From an uncultured delta proteobacterium (lineage in GTDB: Bacteria; Desulfobacterota; Binatia; UBA9968): a stretch of 64,000 nt of DNA. Every line of letters begins with the position of its first letter. Within the stretch, counting starts at the first letter, position 1. Shown here one piece after another: positions 40,702-50,419 of the stretch. The notes under the pieces are model-generated. The model saw only the letters and a list, made by a program, of their open reading frames with translations. It searched no databases and had not been told where the DNA came from. The position numbers and the translations under genes are program-made. Location of the stretch: positions 192,001 to 256,000 of the forward strand of contig CAVUZH010000016.1 of the NCBI GenBank assembly GCA_963745835.1, written 5' to 3'.

Positions 40702-42147
40702 ATGGACCAAGGGAAGATTCTGGTTGCGGAAGATGAAGAGTCGCTTCGCTTCGTCTTGAAGAAAGCGCTCGAGGAGGAAGGTTACTGGGTCCAGACCGCG
40801 GTAGATGGATCGGGCGCGCGCCAATCTCTTAGCGACTGCAATTTCGATGTCGCGCTTTTGGACATAAAGCTGCCTGACGTTGATGGATTGACTGTGCTCA
40901 AGAAGAGCAAAGACGACGGCATCGACACGGCTATGATTATTATGACCGCGCAAAGCACCATGCGGAATGCCATCGGCGCGATGAAAAGCGGCGCCTTCGA
41001 TTACATCACCAAGCCGTTTGATCTCGACGAGGTTCTGGTCTTGGTCAAACGCGCGGTGGATAGCCGCAAGCTCACCCGTGATTTCCGCGAGCTCAAGGAA
41101 GAAGTGAAAAAGCGCTTCGAACCCGGCGTCAATATCATCGGCACCAGCTCGAGCATGCAACGGGTTTACAAAATCATCGGCCAGGTTGTCGATAACCAGG
41201 CGACGATCTTGATCCAAGGCGAAAGCGGTAGCGGTAAAGAACTCGTCGCCAAAACGATCCACTACAATTCGCCGCGTTGGAATCAGCCATTTATCCCGAT
41301 CAACTGCGCCGCGATCCCTCGTGATCTCTTGGAAAGCGAGCTCTTCGGCCACGAGCGCGGCGCTTTTACCGGCGCTCTCGATAGAAGAATCGGCAAGTTC
41401 GAGCTGGCCCAGGGCGGCACTCTGTTTCTCGATGAGGTCGGCGATATTCCACTTGAACTCCAGACCAAGCTACTGCGCGTTTTACAGGACCGCGAGTACA
41501 GCCGGATCGGCGGGCGAGAGGTACTGAAGGCCGACGTCCGCATTCTTGCCGCAACCAATCAAGACCTGGACAAAGCAGTCCATGACAAGCGTTTCCGAGA
41601 AGACCTCTATTTCCGCTTGAAGGTGATTCCCATTTACCTGCCGGCGCTGCGAGAGCGTCGCGGCGATATTTCGCTTTTGATCGGCTATTTTATCGACAAA
41701 ATAAATCGCGAGATGGGCATTCAAATTTCCGGGGTTTCGCCTGAGGCGTTACGGCTCCTGGAAGAACACTCATGGCCCGGCAACGTCCGTGAGTTGGAAA
41801 ATACTCTGATTCGCGCTGCCGTACTGTCGTCGGGCCCGATTTTATTTCCCAAAGACTTCAATTTACAAAACCAGCAATCTGCGGCGGTCCCGGAAATCGA
41901 TCAGCTCTCGCTCGAGGAAGTCTTTCGACACAAACTGGAGGACTACTTCCGCCGGACTGAAGGAGTAGAGGTAGACAACCTCTACCCGTTGGTGATCGAG
42001 CGCATCGAACGCCCGCTGATCGAGCTGACCCTCAAGAAAACCCGCGGCAATCAAATTCGCGCCGCCCAGATTCTCGGCATCAATCGAAATACCTTGCGTA
42101 AAAAGATCACTGATCTGCGCATCGAGCTAAAAAAAGAGAGTTCTTGA
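40702..42147 (+). CDS. sigma54-dependent response regulator (NtrC-like)
   Basis: REC domain, GESGSGKE, ELFGHERGAFTGA, WPGNVREL, Fis-type HTH GNQIRAAQILGINRNTL. Confidence 0.93.
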   Translation: MDQGKILVAEDEESLRFVLKKALEEEGYWVQTAVDGSGARQSLSDCNFDVALLDIKLPDVDGLTVLKKSKDDGIDTAMIIMTAQSTMRNAIGAMKSGAFDYITKPFDLDEVLVLVKRAVDSRKLTRDFRELKEEVKKRFEPGVNIIGTSSSMQRVYKIIGQVVDNQATILIQGESGSGKELVAKTIHYNSPRWNQPFIPINCAAIPRDLLESELFGHERGAFTGALDRRIGKFELAQGGTLFLDEVGDIPLELQTKLLRVLQDREYSRIGGREVLKADVRILAATNQDLDKAVHDKRFREDLYFRLKVIPIYLPALRERRGDISLLIGYFIDKINREMGIQISGVSPEALRLLEEHSWPGNVRELENTLIRAAVLSSGPILFPKDFNLQNQQSAAVPEIDQLSLEEVFRHKLEDYFRRTEGVEVDNLYPLVIERIERPLIELTLKKTRGNQIRAAQILGINRNTLRKKITDLRIELKKESS

Positions 42148-42171
42148 CGTGATCTTGCAGAAACCCAGCGG

Positions 42172-42784
42172 GTGACGCTACCAGCGCTGTACGCGATCCT
42201 TGACCCCCAGCAAATCGATACTCGCTCGCCCGAAAAGCGTTCTGTTCCAGCTGCTGCAAGGAGGGGCCAAGATGATTCAGTTGCGCGCTAAAGCAATGTC
42301 ATCGAGAGACTTCCTTCACCTCGCGCAAAAAGCGCGCGAGCTGACGACCCCCTACGATTGCAAATTGATCGTCAATGACCGCATCGATATAGCGCTGGGT
42401 AGCGCGGCCGACGGAGTTCATCTAGGTCAGCAAGATTTGCCCCTACAGGTCGGCAGAAAATTGTTGGGCGACAGGCTCATCGGCATTTCGACGCACAGTC
42501 TCGAGCAGGCGAAAGAAGCGGAAGCAAACGGCGCAGATTACATAGGATTTGGGCCGATATTTGGCACGGCCACGAAAAACACCGGCTACACGGCGCGCGG
42601 TTTGGAGATGCTAGCGCGGATCAAAGCGGCAGTTACTTTACCCATTGTCGCCATCGGCGGGATTACGGAAGCAAACATTCAAAATGTTTGGCAGGCGGGC
42701 GCTGACTCAGTGGCAATTATCAGCGATATTTTAAAAGCCGACGAGGTCGCAGCCAAGGTAAGCGCAATCCTGGCGCGCCGTTGA
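42172..42784 (+). pseudogene. thiE: thiamine-phosphate synthase with a +1 frameshift (real lesion or sequencing error)
   Basis: GTG 42172 frame gives LPALYAILDP..RSPE; the next frame gives QLRAK, VNDRID, GVHLGQ, STHS, GPIFGT, AIGGI. The frames join if one A of AAAA 42233-42236 is removed. Confidence 0.8.
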
Positions 42785-42807
42785 GCTCGAGTACCGCCGT
42801 AAACGAT

Positions 42808-43281
42808 ATGAACAGGAGCAGTTTTCACCAGCCGCCGGAGAATCGTTACTTCGAAGATTACATCCCCGGAGCCGTGCATGAGTTTGGCTCGATCCTTGTC
42901 GATGAGGAGGAAGTCCTCGACTTCGGCAAACGCTATGTGCCGTTGTCTTATCATATCGACAAAGAAACGGCGCAGAAGAGCATCTATGGCGGTCTGATCG
43001 CAAGCGGGTGGCACACCGCCGCGCTGATGATGCGCCTCTATACCGATAACTACCTGTCAAAAATAAACAATTTGGGTTCGCCGGGATGCGATGCATTACG
43101 CTGGGAAAAACCCGTTTTTCCCGGCGACCGGCTGTCAGTTCGGGTGACGGTTTTAGAAGCCCGCATTTCACAGTCCAAGCCGGATCGCGGCATCATCCGA
43201 TCATTTGTCGAAGTTCTCAATCAGAAAGGCGATGTCGCCATGAGCCTGGAAATGGTCAACTTCGTGCGAACTCGAGATTGA
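42808..43281 (+). CDS. MaoC family dehydratase (hot-dog fold)
   Basis: RYFEDY, YHID, GLIASGWHT, GSPG, PVFPGD. Confidence 0.88.
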   Translation: MNRSSFHQPPENRYFEDYIPGAVHEFGSILVDEEEVLDFGKRYVPLSYHIDKETAQKSIYGGLIASGWHTAALMMRLYTDNYLSKINNLGSPGCDALRWEKPVFPGDRLSVRVTVLEARISQSKPDRGIIRSFVEVLNQKGDVAMSLEMVNFVRTRD

Positions 43282-43309
43282 GTTTCAACGCGCCGTCGTA
43301 GAAATTGGC

Positions 43310-44686
43310 CTATGCTTCTTCGGCCTCGTCATAGTAGTCGTCATCTCTCCCCGTATAATTTTCAAAACGCGTGAACTCACTGAGGAACGTTAAATTGATG
43401 GTATCAATAGGACCGTTTCTCTGTTTGGCGACGATGACTTCCGCCACGCCCTTCTTGCTCTCGTCGGATTTGTTGTAAACCTCGTCCCGGTAGATAAAGA
43501 TAATCACATCCGCGTCCTGCTCGATGGCGCCGGATTCGCGGAGATCGGACATCACCGGCCTGCGGTCGCCGCGGTCTTCAACCCGGCGGTTGAGTTGAGA
43601 TAGAGCCATTACCGGCACGTTCAACTCTTTGGCCAACGCTTTTAAAGATCGCGAGATTTCTGAAATTTCCTGTTCCCGGTTATTGGCCGCGCCCATTCCG
43701 CGCATCAGTTGCAAGTAATCGACAACGATCAGCCCGATCTTCTTCGAACGATCGCGTACCAGGCGCCTGGCCTTGGCGCGCAGTTCAAGAACTGAGATGG
43801 CCGGAGTATCGTCGATGTAAATGGGCGCTTCGTGGAGGCGTCCGGCCGCTTTGGCCAGCTGCGGAAAGTCGCGTTCGCCTAAATATCCCGACCGAACTTT
43901 TGAGCTGTTGACATGAGCTTCCGAACAGAGCATCCGCAGCACCAGTTGCTCTTTGGCCATTTCCAGTGAGAACACCGCGGCCCCCACTCCGGTGTAGGCC
44001 GCATTGGTGGCGATATTCAGAGCAAATGCCGTTTTCCCCATGCCGGGGCGGCCTGCCACGATGATTAAATCAGCCGGTTGCAGACCGGCGGTTAATTTGT
44101 CCAAGTCTTCGTAACCGGTTGGAACGCCGGTGACCATTTCCTTGCGCTCATACAGCTTCTCAACTGTCTTGAGCGTGTCTTTGATCATGTCTCCCACTGA
44201 TACGAAGGAAGCCTTGATCTTCTTTTCTGAAATGTCGAAGATCACTTTTTCGGCGGTGTCGAGAAATTCCTCGACGTTGCCCTGTTCTTCGTAACCTCGG
44301 GTGGCTATTTCCGTGGCGGCGCCGATCAAGCTGCGCAGGATCGCCTTCTCGCGCACGATGCGAGCATAGTAGGAGATATTAGCGGCGGTAGGCACGAAAT
44401 CCGCGAGCGATGCCAGGTAAGAAGTCCCACCCACCGCTTCGAGCTCGCTTCTGCCTTTGATAAAATCACTGAGCGTGATCAGGTCCACCGGCTCGTTGCG
44501 GTCTAGAAGCTCGATCATGGCCCGGAAGATTTTGCGATGTGATTCGCGGTAAAAATCTTCGGGCCGTAAAACTTCCAACACCACGTTGATGGCATCGTTT
44601 TCGAGCAGAATTCCGCCGAGAACCGAGGATTCGGCTTCAAGATTCTGCGGTGGAACTTTCCGTAGGTTGTCTTCTAAAGCTGCCAT
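43310..44686 (-). CDS. dnaB: replicative DNA helicase
   Basis: PPQNLEAE, AGRPGMGKT, FSLEM, VDYLQL, LSQLNR, DLRESGAIEQDAD, AKQRNGP. Confidence 0.98.
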   Translation of the reverse strand: MAALEDNLRKVPPQNLEAESSVLGGILLENDAINVVLEVLRPEDFYRESHRKIFRAMIELLDRNEPVDLITLSDFIKGRSELEAVGGTSYLASLADFVPTAANISYYARIVREKAILRSLIGAATEIATRGYEEQGNVEEFLDTAEKVIFDISEKKIKASFVSVGDMIKDTLKTVEKLYERKEMVTGVPTGYEDLDKLTAGLQPADLIIVAGRPGMGKTAFALNIATNAAYTGVGAAVFSLEMAKEQLVLRMLCSEAHVNSSKVRSGYLGERDFPQLAKAAGRLHEAPIYIDDTPAISVLELRAKARRLVRDRSKKIGLIVVDYLQLMRGMGAANNREQEISEISRSLKALAKELNVPVMALSQLNRRVEDRGDRRPVMSDLRESGAIEQDADVIIFIYRDEVYNKSDESKKGVAEVIVAKQRNGPIDTINLTFLSEFTRFENYTGRDDDYYDEAEEA

Positions 44687-44974
44687 GAAAGCCGGAGAGA
44701 GAAATCTAACGCGATAGTGTTTTGAAAAATGTTTTTGAATTTGAACCCAACCCCAGTTAAAAAGCAAGAAATATTTCGCCGCATCGCGAGATTATTCAGC
44801 GCGAGTTCTGCGCCAGAGAATTGTTGAAAACAAATGATCTGGCAATTCTGAATTCGAGGCAACTAGTTGCGAGCCGCCGTGAACACCTTGTGCACACGCT
44901 TATCAACAGCGGGCTGTACAAGCGGATTTTTTTCCACGCGCCGAACTGTTGCCAATTCGCGGATGACACGAACG

Positions 44975-45331
44975 CTAGAGCGATGGGTAACCAGCTGTGA
45001 CAGTGGTGTGAATGCCGCCGCGAATATTGAAATCGCCGACGACGACGATCTTTCGCGGCCGGCATGCTTCGACAAAATCATCGAGGATTCGGTTGATGAC
45101 GTCTTCGTGAAATGCGCCTTCAGCGCGATAAGACCACAGATAGAGCTTTAGAGACTTGAGTTCGACGCAAAGCTGATCGGGTATGTAGCGGATTCGGATG
45201 GTCGCGAAATCCGGCTGACCGGTGCGCGGGCAGACGCAAGTAAACTCCGGGGCTTCCATATTGATTTCATAGTCGCGCACCGGGTGTGGGTTGGGAAAGG
45301 TTTCTAATCGTTTGCTTGGAACAGTCGGCAT
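44975..45331 (-). CDS. queF: NADPH-dependent preQ0 reductase (short, unimodular QueF)
   Basis: [31 protein letters not shown]. Confidence 0.93.
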   Translation of the reverse strand: MPTVPSKRLETFPNPHPVRDYEINMEAPEFTCVCPRTGQPDFATIRIRYIPDQLCVELKSLKLYLWSYRAEGAFHEDVINRILDDFVEACRPRKIVVVGDFNIRGGIHTTVTAGYPSL

Positions 45332-45452
45332 GCAAGCATCCTAGCGCACGGTTATAGGCTTTGCCAATTCACCAGAAATATTGACACCGTCGATAGCCGA
45401 TGATAAACGCGCCATAGATCCAAATCAGCAGACCTGTTCTAAGAGGTAGCAC

Positions 45453-46241
45453 GTGAACAAGCCGCGAGAACCGCGAGCGGGTGAGAAGCTAAGCGCTCAA
45501 GAAGCAAAGGCCTACGTCGAGTATCTCTATTTGACGCTCGCCAAAGCATCGCATGAGAAAATTCACAATGGGCCTTTCATGAGTCAATTGCGCGATGGAA
45601 CTTTACCCCTGCCGGTGATCCGCCAATATTTCAAAAACTGGGGACATTTCTCGATGGAGGCCAATGGCCTGGATGCGGTCTCTTACTACACTCATCTCCC
45701 CTTTTTCGTTCGCAATTTCGACCTGCTGGGACCTTTCTGCGCCAAGGTCGCCGACAGATTGATTTATCCCAAGGCGCCCGGACACGTGCTTCTGCTGTTG
45801 CAGACTGCAGAAGCGTTGGGGCTCAGCCGAAAAGAAATGTTGGAAGACCCTTATCTGCCAGCGGCGCGCGCGATCAATGACTTCTGCCATAAGATTTTCA
45901 TGGATGGATCCATCGCCGAACTCTGGGGTCTCCATGTTTGCGAAGAATCTCTGTCTCGCTGGATGGGCGAATGGTACACCGCTTTGACGGCAAAGTACGG
46001 CTTTATCAGGGAGCAGGCGCTTTACTTTTCCACTCGTGAAAAAGCCGAGGCAAACAGAGGCAATCTACGCGCAGTTGACGACAAAATGGGCGGCGGCGGA
46101 TTTAATCGGACCGTCCTCGAACGCGTCCTCCAGGACCAACTAGAATTTCGCGCCGGCTATACCATCGAATACTGCGCCTTAACGATGATCGAGCTGCACG
46201 CACAAATGCTGCAAGCCGCGATGGACAACCCGTACCCGTGA
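45453..46241 (+). CDS. heme-oxygenase-like (PqqC/TenA/CADD) fold protein, metal ligands apparently degenerate
   Basis: PF...L.DG.L, GHVLLL..AEALGLSR, YGF....YFS pattern; all-helical composition. Confidence 0.65.
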   Translation: MNKPREPRAGEKLSAQEAKAYVEYLYLTLAKASHEKIHNGPFMSQLRDGTLPLPVIRQYFKNWGHFSMEANGLDAVSYYTHLPFFVRNFDLLGPFCAKVADRLIYPKAPGHVLLLLQTAEALGLSRKEMLEDPYLPAARAINDFCHKIFMDGSIAELWGLHVCEESLSRWMGEWYTALTAKYGFIREQALYFSTREKAEANRGNLRAVDDKMGGGGFNRTVLERVLQDQLEFRAGYTIEYCALTMIELHAQMLQAAMDNPYP

Positions 46242-46320
46242 ATGAGGATTGGCGATCAAGATCGCCGTGGTATCGCGGGTTGCGGCAACATCCATGGCAA
46301 TATCGACGATCGCGCCTTAG

Positions 46321-47397
46321 CTAGCGCACCTGGCCGCCAGGCAAGTGCGCAAACGCGCTCATCTCGTTAGGGAAGCATACCGGCGGCGCTTTACATACAT
46401 ATTTTTCTGAGATCTGATCGATTCGGGTTACACCGAGCAGGCCCATATCGATGATCAGCTCTTCTTCGAGCAACTCGAGGACCCGAACCAAGCCGGCTTG
46501 TCCACCGGCCCCTAGACCCCAACCCTGAAGCTTGCCGATTGTTACTGCTTTGCATCCAAGCGCCAACGCTTTCAAAACATCCGTGCCGCGTAAAATACTT
46601 CCATCAAGAATGACGTCGGCCTTGCCGCGCGCGACTTGAACGATCTCAGGCAGCACATCCATGGTTCCGCGTCCATGATCGAGCTGGCGGCCGCCATGAT
46701 TGGAAATATAAATCACGTCAACTCCGTGATCGAGCGCGATCTTGGCATCTTCAGCCGTCGCAACCCCTTTGAGAATAAACGGCAGCCCGGCCATCTTCTT
46801 GATGGCTGCCATCATTTCCCAGGTCAGGGTCGCTTGAAAGTGGCGTGTCGTTTCAGTGCGCTTGTTGGGCGGCAACCAACGATTCATCATCTGGCGCTCG
46901 CGCCGACTGTAATGAGCCGTGTCGACAGTAAGACACAACGCCATGTACCCGGCCCGTTTCACCCGCTCGATGATTTCCTCACACCAGTCCAGGCCACCGC
47001 GAATGTAGAGCTGGAATATCTTTGGATGATTCGTGCTTGCCGCGATTTCCTCCAGACTGGGCTGGGTTACCGAACTGACAAAATTCATCGTGCCGAACTC
47101 CGCTGCGGCTTTTGCGACCGCGACACCGCCTTCCGCGGTAATCGTTTGCAGCGAGCCGATGGGCGCCATCATCACGGGAATTCGCAGCTTCTGCCCCAGG
47201 AAAGTCGTCGAGGTGTCGATCTTCGAAACATCCACGCAGATTCGCGGGCACAACGCGAGACTATCGAATGCGATGCGGTTGCGCCTCATGGTTGTTTCAG
47301 ACTCAGCGCCGCCACTCAAGTAATCCCAAATATCCTGTGTGAGATTGCGCCGCGCCGCTAGAATGATTTCTTGGTTAGTGACAAAATCGATGCTCAT
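46321..47397 (-). CDS. FMN-dependent alpha-hydroxy acid oxidase/dehydrogenase
   Basis: DYLSGGAE, APIG, LTVD, LKG, SNHGGRQLD, RGTDVLKALALG. Confidence 0.92.
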   Translation of the reverse strand: MSIDFVTNQEIILAARRNLTQDIWDYLSGGAESETTMRRNRIAFDSLALCPRICVDVSKIDTSTTFLGQKLRIPVMMAPIGSLQTITAEGGVAVAKAAAEFGTMNFVSSVTQPSLEEIAASTNHPKIFQLYIRGGLDWCEEIIERVKRAGYMALCLTVDTAHYSRRERQMMNRWLPPNKRTETTRHFQATLTWEMMAAIKKMAGLPFILKGVATAEDAKIALDHGVDVIYISNHGGRQLDHGRGTMDVLPEIVQVARGKADVILDGSILRGTDVLKALALGCKAVTIGKLQGWGLGAGGQAGLVRVLELLEEELIIDMGLLGVTRIDQISEKYVCKAPPVCFPNEMSAFAHLPGGQVR

Positions 47398-47628
47398 CAG
47401 AGATCTCCTTTTTCAGTCATGCGAGTTTTGGATCACCTTCAACTCGATCGGCGAGAGATTATCTAACAGGCCGGCCAAGGTCAAACCAGAGATGATTCGA
47501 GTGGACTACGCGATCTACATGGCGGCAAATTGATCATCAAGAGAGATAGTGATGCGCTCTGCCACATGTTAGATTGACGCTGTTTAGGTGATAACAGATG
47601 CTGAAGCCCAATAACGAATCGAGACAAA

Positions 47629-47928
47629 ATGGCGATACCCTGGTTTCAAATCGTTAAACTGGTTCCCGAAATCGTATCCTTATCTAAGCAGCTCCTACAG
47701 CAGACCAGAACCGACCAATCATCCGGGGCTAAGCCGCTTGAGGCTAGGGTCGCCGAGCTCGAGCTCAATGAACGAAAGCAAGCCGAGCTCGTAGCCAGCA
47801 TGGCTCAACAACTAGCGGCGATGACCGATGCCCTCACCGCCCTGCGCAAACAGTTTGCGGCATTTCGACTGATTTCGATAATCTCCCTAATATCAGCCAT
47901 AGGGGCAATCATACTGGCGTTGGCTTAA
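47629..47928 (+). CDS. hypothetical coiled-coil protein with C-terminal TM anchor
   Basis: heptad LEARVAELE..QAELV..MAQQL, hydrophobic C-terminus. Confidence 0.6.
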   Translation: MAIPWFQIVKLVPEIVSLSKQLLQQTRTDQSSGAKPLEARVAELELNERKQAELVASMAQQLAAMTDALTALRKQFAAFRLISIISLISAIGAIILALA

Positions 47929-47963
47929 ATTTCCCGCGTCCTAAACAAGCACCCGCAACAATC

Positions 47964-48566
47964 ATGGAACCCCCCGACACCATCCGCGAATACTGGTTCG
48001 GCACCGCCTTGGAGAATGCCGCTGTCACGGCTCGCCAACGGGCACGGTTGTGGTGGTCGAAAAACCCGGAAGTTGATAATGAAATTCGCCGGCGCTTTGA
48101 GAGCTGGGTAATCAAGGCCGGATCGGGAGAGTTAGACAATTGGGAATTGAATCCGCAGGACCGGCTCGCGCTAATACTGCTTACAGATCAATTTCCCCGA
48201 AGTATCTATCGCGATTCGGCCAAAGCTTTCGCATTTGACAGCAAAGCGTTGTCTCTTGCTCACACCGGCATTGACGCCGGGTTCGATGCTGCCTTGCGCC
48301 CCCTCGAAAAGGTATTTTTTTACCTGCCGCTGGAACATTCGGAATCATTTGCAGATCAACAGCGATCCGTAAGTCTGTTTCAGAAACTGGTCGATGACGC
48401 CAGCCCGGATCAGAAGCCCACGTTTGTAGAATATCTCGACTTTGCCGTGCGCCATCGAGATATCATCAGCCGCTTTGGCCGCTTTCCGCATAGAAACAAG
48501 GCGCTGGGGCGAATCTCAACCCCCGAGGAACTGTCGTTCCTGCAACAGCCTGGGTCAGGATTTTAG
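47964..48566 (+). CDS. DUF924 family protein
   Basis: YWFG, LALILLTDQFPR, FFYLPLEHSE, RFGRFPHRN..LGR.ST.EE. Confidence 0.9.
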   Translation: MEPPDTIREYWFGTALENAAVTARQRARLWWSKNPEVDNEIRRRFESWVIKAGSGELDNWELNPQDRLALILLTDQFPRSIYRDSAKAFAFDSKALSLAHTGIDAGFDAALRPLEKVFFYLPLEHSESFADQQRSVSLFQKLVDDASPDQKPTFVEYLDFAVRHRDIISRFGRFPHRNKALGRISTPEELSFLQQPGSGF

Positions 48567-48632
48567 ATTCTGATTGACGGCCAGCGCATTTCACCCAATT
48601 CATAGGTAAATCCCGCCATCGACTGCTATGGA

Positions 48633-49583
48633 TTAGGGCCGGAGCAAAATCTTTCGCGCTCCGCGGCGCTCGGCATGTTGGATCGCTTCGATGCCATGCT
48701 CGAGCGGATAAACTTGCTCAATTAGAGGCGCCACCGATACGTGGTTGGCGGCGAGCGCTTCCAGCGCGTCAGGAAAAACACCGCAGCGCGAACCTATTAG
48801 ATTGATTTCATTGATCACCACCGGCGCCAACGATACCTGATGAGCTCCGGCAATGGTGCTTTTCAACACGAGTGTCCCGCGCGGCCGCACCGCGCTGATC
48901 GCCAGTTCAAGCCCGGCGGCGGAACCAGTCGCTTCGACGACGACATCGAAAAGGCGGGGCCTCCAATCGTTTAGCAGCATCGTCCGCACTCCGGTCCGCT
49001 TGATCAGATCGAGCTTGTCTTGGTGTCTGCCCAGCGCCGTCACCTTCGCTCCCGTATGCCGCAGGACCTGGGCGCAAAGATTGCCGAGCTTACCATCGCC
49101 GAGGATCAGGATCTCATCGCCCATGCTAATTTGAATTTGTCGAAGTATCTCAAAGGCGGCGGCGAGAGGTTCAGTGAAAACTGCCTGTTCATCACTGATG
49201 GAACTCGGCACTGGATGAAGATTTTCTACCGGCACAGCAACATATTCGGCGAACGCGCCGTCGGCATTGAGAATACCCATGACGGCTCTGTTCGGGCAAT
49301 GGCGGTTTAGATCACGGGCGCAAAATTCGCACTTGCCGCAGCCGAAGTTGATTTCGCCAACGACCCTCTTGTCTAACCATTCTTTGGGTCCCTGACTGAC
49401 CGAGCCGACGAACTCGTGGCCCGGCACCCCGCGAAACTTCATGTAGCCTTTGAAGATTTGCAGATCCGTGGCACAGATACCGGCGAGATGAACTTTGACG
49501 ATTGCGGTGTCTTGGTCAGGAACAGGCAGCGAGTAAGCGGAATCGAGGCTTACTACATTACCATCCCAAAAAATCGCCTTCAT
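48633..49583 (-). CDS. zinc-dependent alcohol dehydrogenase (MDR family)
   Basis: GICATD, GHEFVG, CGKCEFC..HC, GDGKLG, GSRCG. Confidence 0.9.
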   Translation of the reverse strand: MKAIFWDGNVVSLDSAYSLPVPDQDTAIVKVHLAGICATDLQIFKGYMKFRGVPGHEFVGSVSQGPKEWLDKRVVGEINFGCGKCEFCARDLNRHCPNRAVMGILNADGAFAEYVAVPVENLHPVPSSISDEQAVFTEPLAAAFEILRQIQISMGDEILILGDGKLGNLCAQVLRHTGAKVTALGRHQDKLDLIKRTGVRTMLLNDWRPRLFDVVVEATGSAAGLELAISAVRPRGTLVLKSTIAGAHQVSLAPVVINEINLIGSRCGVFPDALEALAANHVSVAPLIEQVYPLEHGIEAIQHAERRGARKILLRP

Positions 49584-49595
49584 GGTGTTGCTGTC

Positions 49596-50411
49596 TCATG
49601 ATTTCTTTAGCTCGCGCGCCCATTTCGTCTTCGGCCGTGGAGTTTCCTGGCCGTCAACAACGATGTCGGCGCCGCGCTCGTGAAAGAAGCAGAGCAAACC
49701 CTTGATTTTCGGACATTCGGGAATCGGTTCCATGTAGCCCCATACCATGTCTTCAAATTGCTGCCCGCCCAGTTTAACCGACCAATAGTCTGCCGGTCCT
49801 TTATAAGGGCAGCGTGATTTGGTCGCGCTTGGAACCAATAGATCCATGCGCACGTCTTCTTGCGGGATGTAATAACGAACCGGGTGATTGGTTTCGAAAA
49901 CAAGGCTGGGCCGGCGAGTCTCCGCCACCAGTTGTCCATCGATAAGGATTCGAATGTGCCGTGAGCTGGGCAAAACGTCGACCCTTTTGTACGGATCGCG
50001 GGCATGAACAAAAATCTCTTCATCTTCCTCCAGCCAATGGTCCATTTTGTTCCATTCGAAGGCGAAGTGACTGCGGATTGCGTCCGCCGCGGGCAGTGGG
50101 TCTTGATAGCTCCAGCTGGCATTCTCGGCCCGTTTGCCGCCTTGCCCGATTGACCAGTAAGAAGCTTCGCCTTTGTAGGGACAGCTGCTTCTGCGCTGGC
50201 TCGGAGATAACAACTCGGTTCGGACATCTTCCTGGGGAAAATAATAAACCGGCAGGACCTCTGTCTCACGGACGAGCTTGGCGTGTTTGCTGTCCGCAAT
50301 CGTTTCGCCGTTGTAAATAACCCGCACGTGCCTTGGGCTTTCGCTCACATGGACCCAGTGCCCGGCATCGCCGGTGACCGGCACACGCTGTTGGGTCACA
50401 TTGCTCTTCAT
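49596..50411 (-). CDS. tandem DUF427 domain protein
   Basis: two copies of E...P.YY.P..DV ... CPYKG.A.YWS ... W.Y..P. Confidence 0.88.
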   Translation of the reverse strand: MKSNVTQQRVPVTGDAGHWVHVSESPRHVRVIYNGETIADSKHAKLVRETEVLPVYYFPQEDVRTELLSPSQRRSSCPYKGEASYWSIGQGGKRAENASWSYQDPLPAADAIRSHFAFEWNKMDHWLEEDEEIFVHARDPYKRVDVLPSSRHIRILIDGQLVAETRRPSLVFETNHPVRYYIPQEDVRMDLLVPSATKSRCPYKGPADYWSVKLGGQQFEDMVWGYMEPIPECPKIKGLLCFFHERGADIVVDGQETPRPKTKWARELKKS

Positions 50412-50419
50412 CGTCGCTC

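Noticed and set aside
44863-45081. 72-aa ORF between queF and dnaB
   Set aside because: Overlaps queF out of frame and covers the DnaA-box-like sites
29540-45331. Deazapurine/toyocamycin-type pathway linking queF to the three-subunit hydratase
   Set aside because: About 14 kb apart with housekeeping genes between, and no queC/D/E or toy-like genes
45332-45452. preQ1 riboswitch upstream of queF
   Set aside because: No matching stem-loop with an A-rich tail was seen
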